From NCBI RefSeq assembly GCF_020745735.1, contig NC_083417.1, positions 72,354,001-72,418,000 on the forward strand: DNA of 64,000 nt, written 5' to 3'. Each line of letters begins with the position of its first letter. Position 1 is the stretch's first letter. Shown here piece by piece: positions 24,628 through 38,565 of this stretch. Source of the DNA: Hemiscyllium ocellatum (lineage: Eukaryota). The position numbers and the translations under genes were made by a program. Below the pieces are notes generated by a model. It saw only the letters and a program-made list of their open reading frames with translations, ran no database searches and was not told the origin of the DNA.

Positions 24628-24838
24628 AGGTAAAAACAATGACTGCAGATGCTGGAAACCAGATTCTGGGTCAGTGGTGCTGGAAGAGCACAGCAGTTCA
24701 GGCATCATCCAACGAGCAGCGAAATCGATGTTTCGGGCAAAAGCCCTTCATCAGGAAGTGCTTTTGCCTGAATCGTCGATTTCGCTGCTCGTTGGATGCT
24801 GCCTGAACTGCTGTGCTCTTCCAGCACCACTGATCCAA
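24628..24838. mobile_element. Fold-back Penelope terminal-repeat mini-element with 14-bp TSD
   Basis: Internal inverted arms; TSD tatcaggaacatta at 24614-24627 and 24839-24852. Confidence 0.9.
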
Positions 24839-24867
24839 TATCAGGAACATTAGCCACACTTAGTCAT

Positions 24868-26340
24868 TCATCAGGAATGGGAGGGTAGCCAAGGGGCTGC
24901 GAGATAAATAGGAGGGGATTGGGATGAAGGGAAAGGTAGCTGGAATGTGTTAGGAAGATGAAGGTGTGGGATGATGGTGATAGGTTAGAAAGGAGGGTGG
25001 ACAAGTAGGACAGTTCAAGAGGGCAGTGCCAAGTTGGAAAATTGGATCTGTGATAAGGTGGGGGGGAGGGGAAATGAACAAACTGGTGAAATCTACATGA
25101 TTCCCATATGGTTGGATGGTCACAAGGTGGAAGATGAGGCATTCCTTATCCTGCATCGGGCACTTAGAATTTGGCTAGAGGGATCTCCTACCGACAGCCT
25201 CCAACCTCATTGCCTGGGATCCCTGCACTGTTCAGTTCTACCTCCTACCTAAAATTCACAAACCTGATTGCCCCAGTTGACCCATTATCTCAGCTTGCTC
25301 CTGCCCCACCGAACTTATCTCTGTATACCTTGATACTGTCCTATCCCCCTTGTTTCAGCATCTCCCCAAATATGTTTGGGACATCATCCATGCACTCCAC
25401 CTCCTCCATAACTTTTATTTCCCTGGCCTCGAATGTCTTATCTTCACCATGGTTATTCAGTCCCCATACACACCTATCTGCCATGGCAAAGACCTCCAAG
25501 CTCTCCATATCTTCCATTCCTGCTGATCCAACCAGTACCCTTCCACTGACACACTCATCCGATTGGCTGAACTGATCCTCACCCTCAGCAATTTCTCCTT
25601 TGAATCCTCCCACTTCATCCAGACAAAAAGGGCAGCCATGGTAACCTGCATGTGCCCCAGAGATGCCTGCTCATCATCGGGTGCAAGGCACAGTTCATTT
25701 TCAGCAGCTACATTAGCATCATTCTCCATCTTTCCTACCGCTACATCAATACTGTATCAGCACAACCTAATGCAACCACGAGGAGGTCGAACAGTTCATC
25801 AAATTCACAAAGACCGTCCACCCTGACCTCAAGTTCATCTCGAACAGCTCATACCCTTCCTGGACCTCTCCATCTCCATTTGTGGTGACAAACTCACATG
25901 GACATCTACTTCAAACCCACTGACTCCCACAGCTGGCTGGACAACACCTCCTCCCACCTGCCTCCCATAAAAATGCCAATCTTTACTCACAATTCCTGCT
26001 CCACTGCCACATCAACTCCCAAGAGGACCAATTCCATCATAGAACATCTAAGATGGCTTCATTCTTCAAGGACTGCAATTTCCCCTCCCACGTGGTCAAC
26101 AATAACCTCCAACACATCTCTTCCACTTTACACCCCTCCATTCTTGAATGCCATCCTTCCAATTGCAACAAGGACAGAAGGCCCCTGGTCCTCACCTTCC
26201 ACCTTACCAACCTCCGGACACAACGCATCATCCATTGCCATTTCCACCACCTACTAACAATCCCCACCACCAGGGAAAGATTTTCCTGCCCACCCCTATC
26301 TGCGGAGACCACAGACCATTCCCTCCATGACCCCAAGTCT
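24868..26340. mobile_element. Penelope-like element fragments: inverted 3' end (24868-~25160, -) plus RT core (~25160-26340, +)
   Basis: RAAMVTCMCPRDAC (cf. GVAMGTRMGPSYAC), DIYFKPTDSHSWLDNTSSH and ASFFKDCNFPSHVV; homologous to 50660-51000. Confidence 0.8.
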
Positions 26341-26341
26341 C

Positions 26342-27770
26342 TCAGCCTTTCCTCATAAGACATTCCCTCCTGACCAGACAGCATCCTAGTAAATCCCTGC
26401 TGCATCTTTCCAATGCTTCCATAGCCTTCCTGTAATGGGGTGACCAGAACTGTACACAACATTCCAAGTGTGGCCTCACTGGCATTTTGTATAGTTGCAA
26501 AATTATATTACAGCTCCAGAACTCAAACCCACTTCCAATAAAACGTAACACTGTATGCCTTCTTAAGTGCACGATGAACCTGGATGGCAGCTTTCAGGGA
26601 TCTATGTATATGGTCTCCAAGATCCCTCAGCACATCCACACAACCAAGAATGTTTCCATTGACCTAGTATTCTGCCATCCTGTTATTCTTCTCAAAGTGA
26701 ATCACCTCGCATTTATCTGCATTGACCTCCATTTGCCACCTCTCATCGCAATTCTGCAATTTATCCAAGGCAATCTGCAACCTGCAACACTCTAACACAC
26801 TGTCCACCACTCCACCGACTTTCGAGTCATTTGCAAACTTACTAACCCATCCAACTGTGCCTGCATCCAAGTCATTTATAAAAATGAGAAACAGCACTAG
26901 TCCCAAAACAAATCCATTGGCACACCACTAGTAACTGGATTCCAGGCTAAATATTTTTCATCAACCACCACTCACTGCATATTTACAGAATGCCAGTTTC
27001 TAATTGAAACTGCTAAATTACTCTTGATCCCATGCCTCAGCATTTTCTCCAACAGCATACCACGTGGAATCTTATCAAATGCCTTTCTGAAGTCCATGTA
27101 CACCACGGCAACTGCCCTACCCTCATCCACATGCTTGATCACGTTCTCAAAACACTCAATGAGGTTCATCAGACAGGACCTTTCCTTGACAAATCCATGT
27201 TGAGTATCTGCAATCAAATTGTTGCCTGCAAGTTGATTAAAAATCCAATCTCTCATAATCGTTTCCAAAATTTTTCCTAGAGCAGTCGTAAGGCTCACTC
27301 ATCTGTAAACACCCAGGTCATCTCAACTGCCCTTCTTGAACATGGGGCACAACATTTGCGATCCTCCAGTCCTCTGGTACTAAAGTTGTCGGCAATGATG
27401 ACTGAAAGATCAGAGCCAAAGGCTTGGCATTCTCGTTTTCTAGCTTCCCAGAGAATCCTTGGATAAATCCTATCTGACCCAGGGAACTTGTCTATTTTCA
27501 CTCCTTCTAGAATTGATAACATATCTTCCATACTTACCGCAATCCTTTCAAGTTTAATAGCCCGTATGTCCTTATTCTCCACTACAATATTCTCATTTTC
27601 CTGAGTGAAAACCGATGAGAAATGTTCATTTACCACCTCTCCAATTTCCACAGGGTCCACACACAACTTCCCACTTAGTCTTTGACTGGCCCTGTTCCTA
27701 ACTTCGTCATCCTTTTATTCCTCACATAATGATAGAAAGCTTCAGTGTTCTCCTTTATTCTACCTCCTGA
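26342..27770 (-). mobile_element. Degenerate CR1 RT
   Basis: QHGFVKERSCLMNLIECFE..DFRKAFDKIP, FINDLDAG..SKFANDSKVGG and HLECCVQFWSPHYRK. Confidence 0.88.
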
Positions 27771-27789
27771 AGACAGCTCACTCCCCCAG

Positions 27790-28160
27790 TTGTGACCAAT
27801 GTGGATTTCACCAGTTCCTTCATTTCCCTTCTCCCCACCTTACCCCAGAATCAACCTTCCAACTCGACACTTCCCTCTTGAACAGTCCTATGTGCCCATC
27901 TTCCTTCCCACCTATCCACTCCATCCTCCTTTCCGACCTATGACCATCACTCTCCACCTCTATCTACCTATCGCATTCCCAGCTACCCTTCCTCCAGCTC
28001 CACCACCCTTCCATTTATTTCTCAGTCCCGTTGGGCCACCTCCTCATTCCTGATGAAGACTCTCCTACTCCTCAGATGCTATCTGACCATTTGTGCTTTT
28101 CCAGCACCACACTTTTCGACTCTGATCTCCAGAATCTGCAGTCCTCACTTTCTCCAAACT
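27790..28160 (+). mobile_element. Penelope 3' end / terminal repeat
   Basis: aatgtggatttcacc..., pyrimidine-rich UTR, attcctgatgaag and cagatgctatctgacc...ttttccagcaccacac. Confidence 0.75.
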
Positions 28161-28404
28161 TAGTCATTGTCAATCACATCACACGTTCACCGTCAGCGTC
28201 TCACAATCACTGGCAAAACCACCCAGTCAGCAGTAACATCATGTTGTCACTGGACATTGACGATCATTCATTTCCTCAAGCTAGTTTCTCATGACGGTTC
28301 TGCAAGAGACCTATTGCCTAATTTGGACTGAGGATTTGTTCTATCAATTTTATCAGTCTGATTGCTCTCACAATCAATTTTGAATTTGAAAGCTCGAAAT
28401 TTGT

Positions 28405-28815
28405 TGCATAGATTCATAAAAATGTACAGCATGGGAACAGACACTTCGTTCCATCTCATTCATGGCAAGCTAAATTAATCCACTCCTATTTTCCAGTATT
28501 TGGCCCATACCCTTTCAACCCTTCTTATCATACGTAAACATTGTAATTGTACCACCCTCTACTTCCTCTGGCAGCTCATTCCATATACACAGTACCCTCT
28601 ATGTGAAAGAATTTGCCCCTTAGGCCCCTTTTACATCTTGCCCCCTCACCTTAATCCTATGCCCTCCAGTCATGGATTCTTGACTATTCACCCTATTCAT
28701 GCCCCTCATTATTTTATTAACCTCTATAAGGTCACCCTTCAGCCTCCGACGCTCCAGGGAAACTAACCCCTGCCTATTCAATCCCTCTCTATCGCTCAAA
28801 CCCACCAAATTCAGC
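28405..28815 (-). mobile_element. CR1 3' fragment
   Basis: GLSDREGLNRQGLVSLERRRLKGDLIEVNKIM. Confidence 0.8.
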
Positions 28816-29316
28816 AACAGCTTTGCAAATTTTTGTTATCTCAAGGAATGAGAGACAGATTATCCAGAGTCCTGTTTAATGATCTTGATGGAACTTTTCA
28901 AAATGATACGATGTTGTCTTCTCACCCATTTGTGTTTCCGCTTGATAGTCTCAGTTCTCTCACGCTAAACCTTGTGTGGAAATAGGACAGCGCACTCACC
29001 ACATCTGCACAACAAGTGTCTGTGACGGGATGGTCAGGTCTGCATTTTAGCCAAGTTGCATTGGTTCGGAAACTAACACGTGATGCGAAAATGTTCCATA
29101 ATCTCTTGAAGAGCAGCAGTATGTGAGGTGTTTTCAACTCCCACGCTAAGTTCTTACATCTAACGTCAAAGTAAAACCATTAATGCATCGAAGGTGTGGT
29201 TTCATTCGCTTTGTCAAACGCTCCATCATAGCCCACTCAGTGCCACATTGCCTCCATGTCTCTTCTCAATAACATGTGTCCTGCTAATTTACAGTGAATC
29301 GATCGAATTTACTGAA

Positions 29317-29365
29317 ATGAGAGTGATTGTTCTGTGGTATATCTCTGTCGTCGGCAGTTACGCAG
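29317..29365 (+). CDS. IgSF inhibitory receptor exon: signal peptide MRVIVLWYISVVGSYA
   Basis: ATG at 29317 (ctgaaATGa), hydrophobic stretch, donor GCAG|gtacat, phase 1 matching the V exon 181 nt downstream. Confidence 0.75.
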
Positions 29366-29546
29366 GTACATATATACTTACACAGGTTAAATAAACATTG
29401 AGAGGATTGGAATTGTGCACACATTATTTCTTTCAATGTATATGTCGCTGCATCAAAAAATATTTTATCCTTATATTTATTAATGCATTTCTCCCTCAAC
29501 GATAGGCTGATCAATCATTGTCTGCTCATGTGCTTATTTCTGACAG

Positions 29547-29870
29547 TGGCTGATGGGAGCTTTCTCCAGATGTTCCAGTTCCCCGCCCGTATAACTTCAT
29601 TGAAAGGTGCAAATGTCTCCATGAATTGCTCTTTCACACTTTTCGATCCCATAGCACGGCTAGATGTTTCCTGGAGGAGGCGAAACCGGGAGGGGACATT
29701 AAAACCCACAGCAGCAGACAACAGGACGGTGGTGATACCTTTAGAGCAAACAGCTACCGAGCTCCACTTGCTCAATGTGGATGTTCAGGACGCCGGAGTC
29801 TATTATTGCAGCGTGACAGACTGGCAACAGAAAGTTTCCTCTGGGAATGGGACTGAGCTTATTGTGCACG
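29547..29870 (+). CDS. IgSF receptor exon: VJ-type Ig variable domain
   Basis: Acceptor tttctgacag|TG, donor CACG|gtgagt. Motifs MNCSF, VSWRR, DAGVYYC and J-like GNGTELIV. 324 nt, phase 1-1. Confidence 0.95.
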
Positions 29871-31439
29871 GTGAGTGAGAGTGAACGCGGAAAGCGCTAG
29901 GGGAGGACTCTGCAGATGTATAATAAGATGAAAGAATTGCAGTTGGTGGAAATCAGGAACAAAAACAAAAATTGCTGAAACACCTCAGCAGCTTTGGCAG
30001 ACTCGGTCGAGAGAAATCATAGTTAATACTTTGGGACAAGTTCTCTTTATAGTTTTCATTGAAGTATATTTTTAGTGATCTGAATTAACGCTCTGGCATT
30101 GAATCACTCGGTTAGATAACATTCTTTGACAATGCAATTTTTCTTTGAATCTATCGCAGAAGGAAATATTCTTGAATCGCTGCTGTGTGTGGTTAATGCA
30201 GTAAAATCGTGCTATAATGGATAAATACAAAAATGTTTCCTCAGTGATAATGAATCTTTTTAATTTTAAATCTAAGTGAGGATTCCCAATGCTTTGAGTA
30301 TCGACAATCCTCCTTCGCTTTGTTCAGATGGTCAACTTCTTAGCACAAGACTCTGCTCCCGTTCAAGATTCTCTAGTATGTGTCTTTAATTACTCTTCTT
30401 TAACCCGTCGAGTCCTTCCAGAATATTATATATTTCAATGAAATCAACTCTGATCGCCCCAAACTCCAAATAATATAGACACAGCATTCTCATCCCCTCA
30501 GTACAGGACCATTCCCAAATCACGGAGAGAAATATCTCTGCTTTTCCTCCAATTTAAATACAAACTTGCTAAAGTGTTGAGAGACCAAATTAAGCAGAGT
30601 ATTTTATAAATGATCGGCCCAAAACACTGTGAAATTGTGCAAATGCTTATTTATACCTTTGTAGTTGCTGTCCCCCTTGCACTTTTCCTTCTTACTTGCC
30701 TGCTCCTTGTAGGAGAGCACACAAATACCTCAGAACGTCTGGACTTCAGATTATTGCACATGTCAAAAATATTCCATTTAACGATTAGTACATCAAAGGT
30801 CTTTACATCATATTTTATAACTAATCTCCAAGCCCCCATTTACGTAATTCGGCTATGTAGCATACTCACAACTTTATTGTATGATGTTATTTGTTTGTTT
30901 ATTTGTTGGATGTGGCCATCTAAGGTTATGCCAACATTTGTTGCCCATTTTTACTTTTGATTTAACTGAGTTATTTAGTTAATGGAACATCTCATTGTTG
31001 ACACGACTGGCTTATATTTTGGCCAGATTGTGGCAGTGTAGCAGAATTCATCCTAAAGGAAAGCATTTGAATCAGATCAATTTTTGCAACAGTCAGTGAT
31101 AGGTGAAATTATTGCCATAACTGACACTTGAATGATTAAACACTCAAATAATTAAAGAATTCAATTTAAATTAGTTATAGAATTTTATCATAGTTCCGCA
31201 GATTTCCAAAGGTGCTCAGATTTGGATCCATGTTCATGGGGCATTAGTTTGTCTCCTTGAATTACTAAGAGAGACAGGAAATAGTGTGAGGTATATCTCA
31301 GGGAGGGGGTTCATTAGCACATATTGAGATTGATTCATGATAACAAATCAGAATACATTGATAACGTTTTGAACAGTTGAATTGCAACTAGTGTCACGGA
31401 TTAGTGCTCATACATTAAATACTTATAATCCACAATAAT

Positions 31440-32450
31440 ACATGACTGGAGAGAATGTGTGAGGGGAAGGGTTTCAGATTCTGAGGACATTGTGACCAGT
31501 TTTGAGGGAGGTTGAACCAATACCGACTGCATTGATTTACCTGGGCAGAATCAGAATTGATGCCCTGAAAGGAGTATTAGTTAGTGGGGTTTGGCATCAT
31601 TAAAACTAAATTTTCAAGGTCTTAGGAACTGTTCGGGGAGATCGAAGAGACCAAAATTGCAAAATATTGTGAGCAGACCAAATTCTTAAAAAGTCAAACC
31701 TTAAGACCTTGTGTTCTAATGAACATGGCATTCACAAAACAGTGGATAAATGAGTCATGCAAGTAAAAATCGAAAATACTTACAATATTGTTGAGATTAC
31801 AGAGATGGCATTGCAGACGATGAATGGGAATTGAATATCCAGGGTAATCAGTTTTTAGGAAGGAGAAACATATAGTAAAACGAAGTTGGTGGCTGTGTTG
31901 GTGAAAGAACGCCAATAACATAATATTGAGGCAGGATGCTAGCTTACATAAAGTGGAATCTGTATGGTTAGAACTTAGAAACACCAAGGGGCATAGAATG
32001 ACATTGCATATGATCAAAAGCCCCAAACTGATGGTATAATTCTGGGGAAGCTTTAAAAAAAGGAAATTAGAATTGCAAAAAATAAAAGGGCAGGTGTAAT
32101 TAAGGGTGACATGCTCTGCGACTTGTTTGGGCAAATCAAGTCAATAACACTACCCTGAAAGCAGAATTCCTGGAGTGTGCATCGGATAATTTTCTAGAGT
32201 AATACATTGAGGAACCAATGGGAAAGCAGGCCGTCCTCAATTGGGTTATGAAAAAGGAATAGTTGATAATCTAGCTGTGCAACATTCCTTGGGGAATAGT
32301 GGCCATAGGATAGTAGAATTCTTCATTAAGTTAGAGAGTGGCATTGCTGACACGAGGAATCAACTCATGATCATAAATAAAGGAAAATATGGAGCATGCG
32401 ATGGCTATGATGAATTAAGGAGTGATAGCTAATTATGAATGAGTGATAGC
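31440..32450 (+). mobile_element. Old CR1 fragment (ORF1 end / endonuclease) in the V-C1 intron
   Basis: gagatggcattgcagacgatgaatgggaattgaatatccaggg; HSLGNSGHRIVEFFIKLES. Confidence 0.7.
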
Positions 32451-32704
32451 TAATTAGAGAGTGACTATGTAAAAACAATGATAAACCTGTAAAAAGAGGC
32501 ATTGAGAGGTGTGTTTATCTTGGTTTCTTCTAGTGAGAAATAGGAGGACAGGCACTGAGCAATCTTTGAGTAGTAAACATCTTATGAAATTTCAGCATTT
32601 CTTTTTAAATCTGGAACATTAGATACACTAGGTTTGGTCAAGCTCCCACGCACAGAATGAGGGATTTGTCGTTTTTAGTTTTTAGCAGCAGTTGTCATTC
32701 ATGG

Positions 32705-32993
32705 ACTGCTGCCTCACAGCGCCTGTAGACCCGGGTTCAATTCCCGACTCAGGCGACTGACTGTGTGGAGTTTGCACGTTCTCCCCGTGTCTGCGTGGGT
32801 TTCCTCCGGGTGCTCCGGTTTCCTCCCACAGTCACAAAGATGTGTGGGTCAGGTGAATTGGCCAAGCTAAATTGCCCGTAGTGTTAGGTAAGGGGTAAAT
32901 GTAGGGGTATGGGTAGGTTGCGCTTCGGCGGGTCGGTGTGGACTTGTTGGGCCGAAGGGCCTGTTTCCACACTGTAAGTCTAATCTAAAAAAA
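32705..32993 (+). mobile_element. HE1-type SINE (head slightly truncated)
   Basis: Near-identical to 21790-22097. Confidence 0.92.
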
Positions 32994-33194
32994 TGGATGC
33001 CATTTTTCACTGTTTTGATTACCGACAAAAGCCAGGGTCCTGAAAGCTAAAGCCTACAAATCCCTGGTTTTGTGGGTGTGAGCTTGGCCAAACACATTCA
33101 GACTGTTTCTACTGATCCAGACCTAAAAAATAAAGACATAAGGCTTCACAGGTTGTTCATGATCTTCTCATTGACTGTGGAACCTGTCACCCAG

Positions 33195-33238
<44 letters not shown>

Positions 33239-33247
33239 CCTCTCTCT
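33195..33247. repeat. (CT)n microsatellite
   Basis: Direct reading. Confidence 0.95.
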
Positions 33248-33639
33248 GTCTGCAAGATCATAGGCCAGGTAACAGTAGTAACAGGCAACTGGCTTGTTAG
33301 AGGATGGACACAGAAGCTGGAAAAACTCAGCAGATCTGGCAGCATTCATGGAGACAAAGCAGAATTAATGTTTCGGGACCAGTGAATGTTCTGAAGAAGA
33401 GTCTGAAGAAGGGTTATTAGATCTGAAATGTTAACCTGCGTTTTCTCCATAGGTGGTTCCCGATCTGCTGACATTTTCCAGAAATTTCTGCTTTTGTTCC
33501 TGATTTCCAGCATCTCCATTCTTTTTTTCTTGATTACAGAGATTGATCTGGGTAGTACTGTTGCCACATACCAGCTGTTGAAGAACAATAGCCAATGAAT
33601 AAAATATGTTATCAGTGTTGATCTGCCAGTGCATTGTAA

Positions 33640-36600
33640 CACAGGAGATTTAAGGCATTCCAGAAAGGAAGAGGAGAGAATTATTTCACGGCTGCAACAG
33701 AACTGAAGTGGTATCAATGTTCTGGGCAGGAGGTTTGCTGGAGTTCTTTTGGAGGATTTAAACGAGTTTGGTGGGTGTTGCAAACAGTAATTATAGACCA
33801 GAGGATGAGGTAGTTGGTGAACAGGTAGGTACAACCTGCAGAGAGTGGGTAAGAAAGAACAGATAAGGCAAAGTTGCAGTCGGTGTGATGGGTTGAAGTG
33901 TGTCCATTTGAACACAATAAGTGTCAGCAATAACGGTGACGAATTTAGAGCATGGATCAGTACTTGGAGCTACGATGTTGTGGCAGTTACAAATACTTGG
34001 ATATCACAGGGGCAAGAATGGTTTCTGGATGTTCAGGGGATTGATGTTTCAAAAGGAATAGGGAGTGAGATAATAAAAGGTGGGGAGTGACATTGCTCAT
34101 CAGAGATAGCATAACAGCTACAGAAAAGGAAGTCATCGAGGTGGTTTGTCTATTGAGTCAGTATGGGTGGGGTTAGAAACAGGAAAGGAGCAGTCACTTT
34201 ATTGGGAGTTTTCAAGTTCCCACAATCGCAACAGAGACATGGAGGAGCAGTTTGGGAGGCAGAATTTGGAAAAGGGGCAGAAGTAACAGGATTGTTGTCA
34301 TGGGGGACTTCAACTTCTCTAATATTGTTTGGAACCTCCTTAGTGCAAGTAGTTTAAATGGAGCAGATTTGGTCAGGTATGTCCAAGAAGGATTCGTGAT
34401 TCAGTATTTAGAAGCAGCCAACTAGAGGGAAGGCAATATTGGATTTGGGGCTTGGCAATGAACCAGGTCATATGTTAGGTCTCTTGGTGGGAGAGCATTT
34501 CAGTGATAATCTTCATAACTCACTGACCTTTACAATAGTCATGGTGAGGGATAGGAGTAGACAGTATGGGAAAGTATTAAATTGCGGGAAATGGAATTAC
34601 AATGCCATTAGACAGGAACTGTGGAGCATAAATTCTGAGCAGATATTCTCAGGTAAATGTACGACAGAAATGTTAAAATTGTTTAGGAAGTGCCTTCTGT
34701 GCATGCTGGATAGATTTGTCCCACTGAGGAAAGGAAGGGATGGTAGGTGAATGAACCATAGATGAAAAAGCGTTCTGGAACAAGCGGAAGAAGGAAGCTT
34801 ACTTAAGGTTTTGGAAGAAATTATCAGACAGGGCTCTAGAGGGTTACAAGGTGGCCAAGAAGGAACTGCAGTATGGACTTAGAAGAGCGAGAAGGGTACA
34901 TGAGAAAATCCTTGGTGGATAGGACTAAGGAAAATCCCAAGGCATTTTATATTGATGTGAGGAACAAGAGGATGGCCAGAGTGAGGGAAGGGCCAATTGG
35001 GGAGAATGGAAGATTTTGTGCCTGGAGTCGAAGGAGGTAGCAGATGTTCTTAAATAGAACTTTTCTTGTGTGTTCAATCGTGAGAGGGAATTTGTCGTTT
35101 GAGAGGACTTGTGAAACTGGCTGATATGTTCAAATAGGTTGATGTTAAGAAGGAGGATGTGCTGGAAATATGGAAAAACATGAGGATAGACAAGTCCCCT
35201 GGGCCAGATGGGAAATGTCCAAGACTTATGCAGGAAACAAATAATGACATTGCTGCACCTTTGGCAATGCGGTTTATGTACTCACTATCCACTACAGTAG
35301 TACTAGATGATTGGAAGGTGACAAATGTTATTCCCTTGTTCTGGAAAGACAATAGGGCATTACAGAACAGTCAGTCTTACACTGGTGATGGGCAAATTAT
35401 TGGAAAGGATTCTGAGAGACAGGATTCTTTCAAAAAGCTTGCTTGGTAGGAGATCATCAGTGCCGCGTTGTGAATGGCAGTTTATGCCTCACAAATTGAG
35501 GGGTGTGACAAAACACATGAATTAAGATAGAGCAGGGAATGTGGTGCATATGGATACTAGCAACGTTTTGATAATTTTCCCTTTGGTAGACTCATTCAGA
35601 AATTAATGAGATATGGGATACATGAAATTTGGCTGTCTGGGCCAAAAATTAGCTAGCCCATAGAAGACAGAATGTGGTAGTAAATGTAAAATGTTCAGCC
35701 TGGAGTTTGGTGATCAGCGGTGTTCTGCAGGGATTTGGTCTGGGACCTCTGCTGGTTGTGATTTTTAAAAATGACTCTGATTCAAGTTAGTAAGTTTGCT
35801 GATGCGGGAAGGTTGGTGGAATTGTGGATAGTGTAGAGTGCTGTTCTAGGTCATAACAGGACATTGATAGGATGCAGAGCTGGGCTGATAAGTAAAAGAT
35901 GGAGTTCAACCTGGAAAAGTGTGAACTGATTCATTTATGAAGGTCGACTTGAATGCACAATCCAGGGTTAAAGGCAGGATCCTTGGCAGTGTAGAGGAAA
36001 AGAGAGATCTTGGGGTCCACGTCCATAGATCTCTCAAAGTTGTCATGCAAGCTGACAGGGTTGTTATGAAGGCATATGGTTTGTATTGGCTTTCATTAAC
36101 AAGGAGATTGAGTTTAAGAGCGGCAAAGTAATGTGCAGCTCTATAAAGCTCAGGTTAGGACAGATTTAGAATAATGCGTTCAGTTCTGGTCACCTCATTA
36201 TATGAAGGATGTGTAAGTTTCATAGAGGGTGGAGAGGAGATTTACCAGCATGCTGCCTCTTATGATAAAGCATTGAGAGAGATAGGGTTTTTTCTTATTG
36301 GAGTGAAGAAGGAATGGGGGGTGGTGGTGGGGGGCGAGGGTGACCTGATTGAGGTGTACAAGATTATTGGAGGCATAGATGGACAGTCAGACTTTTTTCC
36401 CAGGGCAGAAATGGCTATCGTGAGGTGGCATAATTTTAAGGTAATTGCAGCAATGTTTGCGGGAGATGTCAGAGGTAGATTCTTTACACAGAGAGTGGTG
36501 GGTACATTGAATTCACTGCCAGCTGTGGTAGTAGAATCAGATACATTGAGGCATTTAAGCGACTCTTGGATAGGCACATGGATGATAGTAAAGTGTACGG

Positions 36601-36705
36601 TCTGTAGATTAGTTTGATGTTAGAGTAGGATAAAAGGTCAGCCCAACATCGAGGGCCGAAGGGACTGCACTGTGCTGTACTATTCTCTGTTCTATGGTCT
36701 ATTTA
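33640..36705 (+). mobile_element. Long degenerate CR1 (endonuclease to 3' tail) in the V-C1 intron
   Basis: LKCVHLNTISVSNNGDEFRAWISTWSYDVVAVTNTW, IDKSPGPDG and RDLGVHVHRSLKV motifs; gggccgaagggactgcactgtgctgtac..ttctatg tail; many frameshifts. Confidence 0.9.
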
Positions 36706-38565
36706 GGTTAGGGCTGTCAAGACAAACTTGTACTATCGATTTGTTTGATGCATTCTGTAGACAGCTATCTATAAGGAACAAAATCAGAACAAATTTAAAA
36801 CTTACGTTTTAACAAACTGCAAGAATTATGTGCTAGTTGTTTTGAAGCATTTCAATATCTGAGCAAGGACTCATATGTCAGCAAAGCTAACTGCAAGAGT
36901 TCATAGACGGTTTCTATATCAGTCTACATTCAATCCAATAAAGAAAGAATCACTGCTGGATGTAGTGCTGAGAAATTATTTTTCTCAGAAGGAAAAATGT
37001 CCATAGAGAAATAATTAGGACAAATATCTGCTGTATTTTTCAGGTTCACACTGGCTTCGGGAGCACAGAAAATAAATAAAGTAAACCGATTCTTTAAAAT
37101 TCATTTGCGGGATTTGGGTGTTGCTGGCTGGCCAGCATTTATCTGTCACAATTCTAAAAATTTAATTTTAACAATGAGCTGAATCATTAGAAAACAAGCA
37201 TAAAAATATTCATTAGTATGTTTCCAGGTTGTGGACATTCTGCAAGTTGTTTGATTGGCAATGTTCTGCATTTATCCATGATGAGGAGAATAGTTAGACA
37301 TCAGTTAAAAGGAATATCCAACAACAACAGTAGTCTCCACAATTTCAGTAGAAAGAAAACAAGGTGGTTGATGGAGCTAACAAATCAGAGGGACATGATG
37401 ATAAAGATCTGCCAAAGAAGTAAAGATGAGAAAGAATTTTATAATTAGTGACTGTTAGAATATGGAAGTTACAAACAGATTCAATTTAGTCTTACATGGT
37501 ACGATTGGACTTTTTTCTCCAGATACCAACTTCCAGAAACTGTGAGGTAAAAGGAAAGAAATGAATTTGTAGAATTGAAGTTGCAATAAGTCACGCTGAA
37601 ACTACACACCATGTGTTTTTCTTCGGTTTTGTAACTATTGTATTAGTCAATGTTGGACAAGAATGTCTGAAACACTGCAATTCACTTTATGTTTTGTTTA
37701 CCTGTGTAATTTTATTTTATTCAAGATATCTGAACTGTGAAAAATATGGCAACTTAATTCTATAGAACATGGAAATCTTCAAACTATGTATATTATTTCA
37801 GAAGTTATGTGTCCACTTCCTGAGTTATCTTTCAACAACAGGCTTCAATCAGGGAAAGCCTTTTTTACATTTTTGTGCAGCTGCAATTCACACTGTGAAA
37901 CCATTTTACAGAATGCAATGCCTCCTTATTGTATTATTGAAATGGGCAATGTGTATTAAGCAGGTTTGACTGATCCTTCATAATTGCTGTGGTAAAATGC
38001 TGGAAATCCTATGGCAGCATGTTCACCGCAGGACTACAGTAATTCTAGAATGCAGAGTACCCATAATTGTTCAAGAGAAACTAGGAATGGAATATAACTG
38101 TCCACCTTGCCAATGATACGAACATCTGATCAAGGGATAAAAGCAACCAAAGGTTTTAATAAGGGAAAGATGTCTGAAGTGTATTAAAGTATTTGCATTG
38201 CTGGATTTCAATTGAGTGGGTCATAAATTAGTCTGAATGCCAATATTAGGATCCATCCACAGCCTATATTGAGGGAAAGCAAGATTGTTATTAATTGTTA
38301 AATGACGCCTGACCTAACAATAAATAACCACTATACCCCAGGTATTACAACGTAAACCTTGATTTGTTTTACTCAACTTGTTACAATACACTCAGTGGAC
38401 ATCTATCCTGAAGTCAGATTTGAACCCAGACATTTCTTCCAGAAGTAGGAATGTTCGGTCTGTGTCTTAAGCACTAATTGTGAAATTTTAAAATTGACAT
38501 TCTTTGCGTTTTTAATATGATCTATAAGAAACAATTTTAACAAGTTTCCTTTAATTAAATCCCAG

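Noticed and set aside
30610-30960. Hydrophobic ORF as an alternative TM exon after V
   Set aside because: I found no phase-1 acceptor feeding the hydrophobic stretch, and a well-formed TM exon exists at 42056.
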